Assembly (NCBI RefSeq): GCF_006345805.1
Contig: NC_042997.1
Coordinates: 9,796,001-9,860,000 of the forward strand
DNA: 64,000 nucleotides
Reading direction: 5' to 3'
Origin: Octopus sinensis
Lineage: Eukaryota
The notes under the pieces were generated by a model. It was not told where the DNA came from and did not search any database. It worked only from the letters and a program-made list of their open reading frames with translations. The translations under genes and the position numbers were made by a program. Of the stretch, positions 63,362-64,000 are shown in pieces; the stretch's first letter is position 1, and each line of letters starts with the position of its first letter.

Positions 63362-63397
<36 letters not shown>
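63110..63397. repeat. (TTA)n, then the 3' end of the SINE-like repeat (63188-63360), then (AAT)n
   Basis: Microsatellites read directly; the middle part matches 19900-20037. Confidence 0.85.
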
Positions 63398-63398
<1 letters not shown>

Positions 63399-63491
63399 CC
63401 TTCTTGTAGTCACTAAACCTGAAATTTTGTGAGGAGACGGATAAGTCAATTATATCGATCCTAATACTTGACTGGTACTTATTTTATCAAC

Positions 63492-63790
63492 TCAAAAAAA
63501 CTCATATCTCACATCATGCATTTTGAGAGCTGAAAGTGTAGCAGATTCAGAATATACATTGAGAATATGCACTTTCAAGTCTTTTTCAAAATTGCAGCTG
63601 TTTGATGTAAAATGTTCGACAAATTCTGTGAAACTACTGTTATTGTGCCTGAAGTCATATTTGTGCCCACTGAATCTTTCGTTTAATTGTTCTATTGTAC
63701 AACCAACATAAATCAAGTTGTGTCAGGTGCATACTGTTGCGTACACCAAATGGAAATTTCCACACGTCCAGCCTTCCTTGTAAACATTAA
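63492..63790 (-). mobile_element. Penelope-like GIY-YIG endonuclease remnant
   Basis: WTCGNFHLVYATVC..HNLIYVGCTIEQLNERFSGH...FVEHF, a GIY-YIG (VY..YVG) pattern. Confidence 0.8.
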
Positions 63791-64000
63791 CATTTCTGTT
63801 ACGATCCCTGATTGACGCTTTTCCCCCTGTTGGGGAAATTTCCTTTTAAAAGTTTTGTTAATTGTCACAGCTTCAATTACTTACACATTTTCTATATAAA
63901 TCCCTTTGTATTTTGTCTTTGCACCAGCTGAGCATCGGAATCGATGTAATCAGCTACTCCTCTCCCACCAAATTTCAAGCCTTGTATCTACAGAAGAAAG

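Overview
Eukaryotic, AT-rich, repeat-saturated DNA. The SINE families look to me like those of octopus (coleoid cephalopod); that assignment is from memory and not database-confirmed. I cannot identify a host protein-coding gene. Most ORF-track entries are microsatellite or antisense artefacts. Recognisable coding sequence comes from decayed mobile elements: about ten R4/Dong-type (RT plus restriction-like endonuclease) LINE fragments, often next to (TAA)n or (CAA)n tracts; a CR1 3' fragment; RTE fragments; an I/Jockey-group remnant; Penelope-like (GIY-YIG) remnants; Tc1 and mariner transposase remnants; a Helentron-type non-autonomous element; and many tRNA-derived SINEs, several with target-site duplications (TSDs). 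The strongest finding is at 28886-29221. Two 139-bp inverted arms (2 differences, both G-U on the minus strand) enclose a 58-nt spacer, and that spacer is exactly a complete type I hammerhead ribozyme core. Three decayed hammerhead-like motifs, an imperfect HDV-like ribozyme candidate (54564-54711), inverted, rearranged and internally deleted Dong copies, and head/tail-shuffled SINEs are also reported. All alignments and folds were done by eye.
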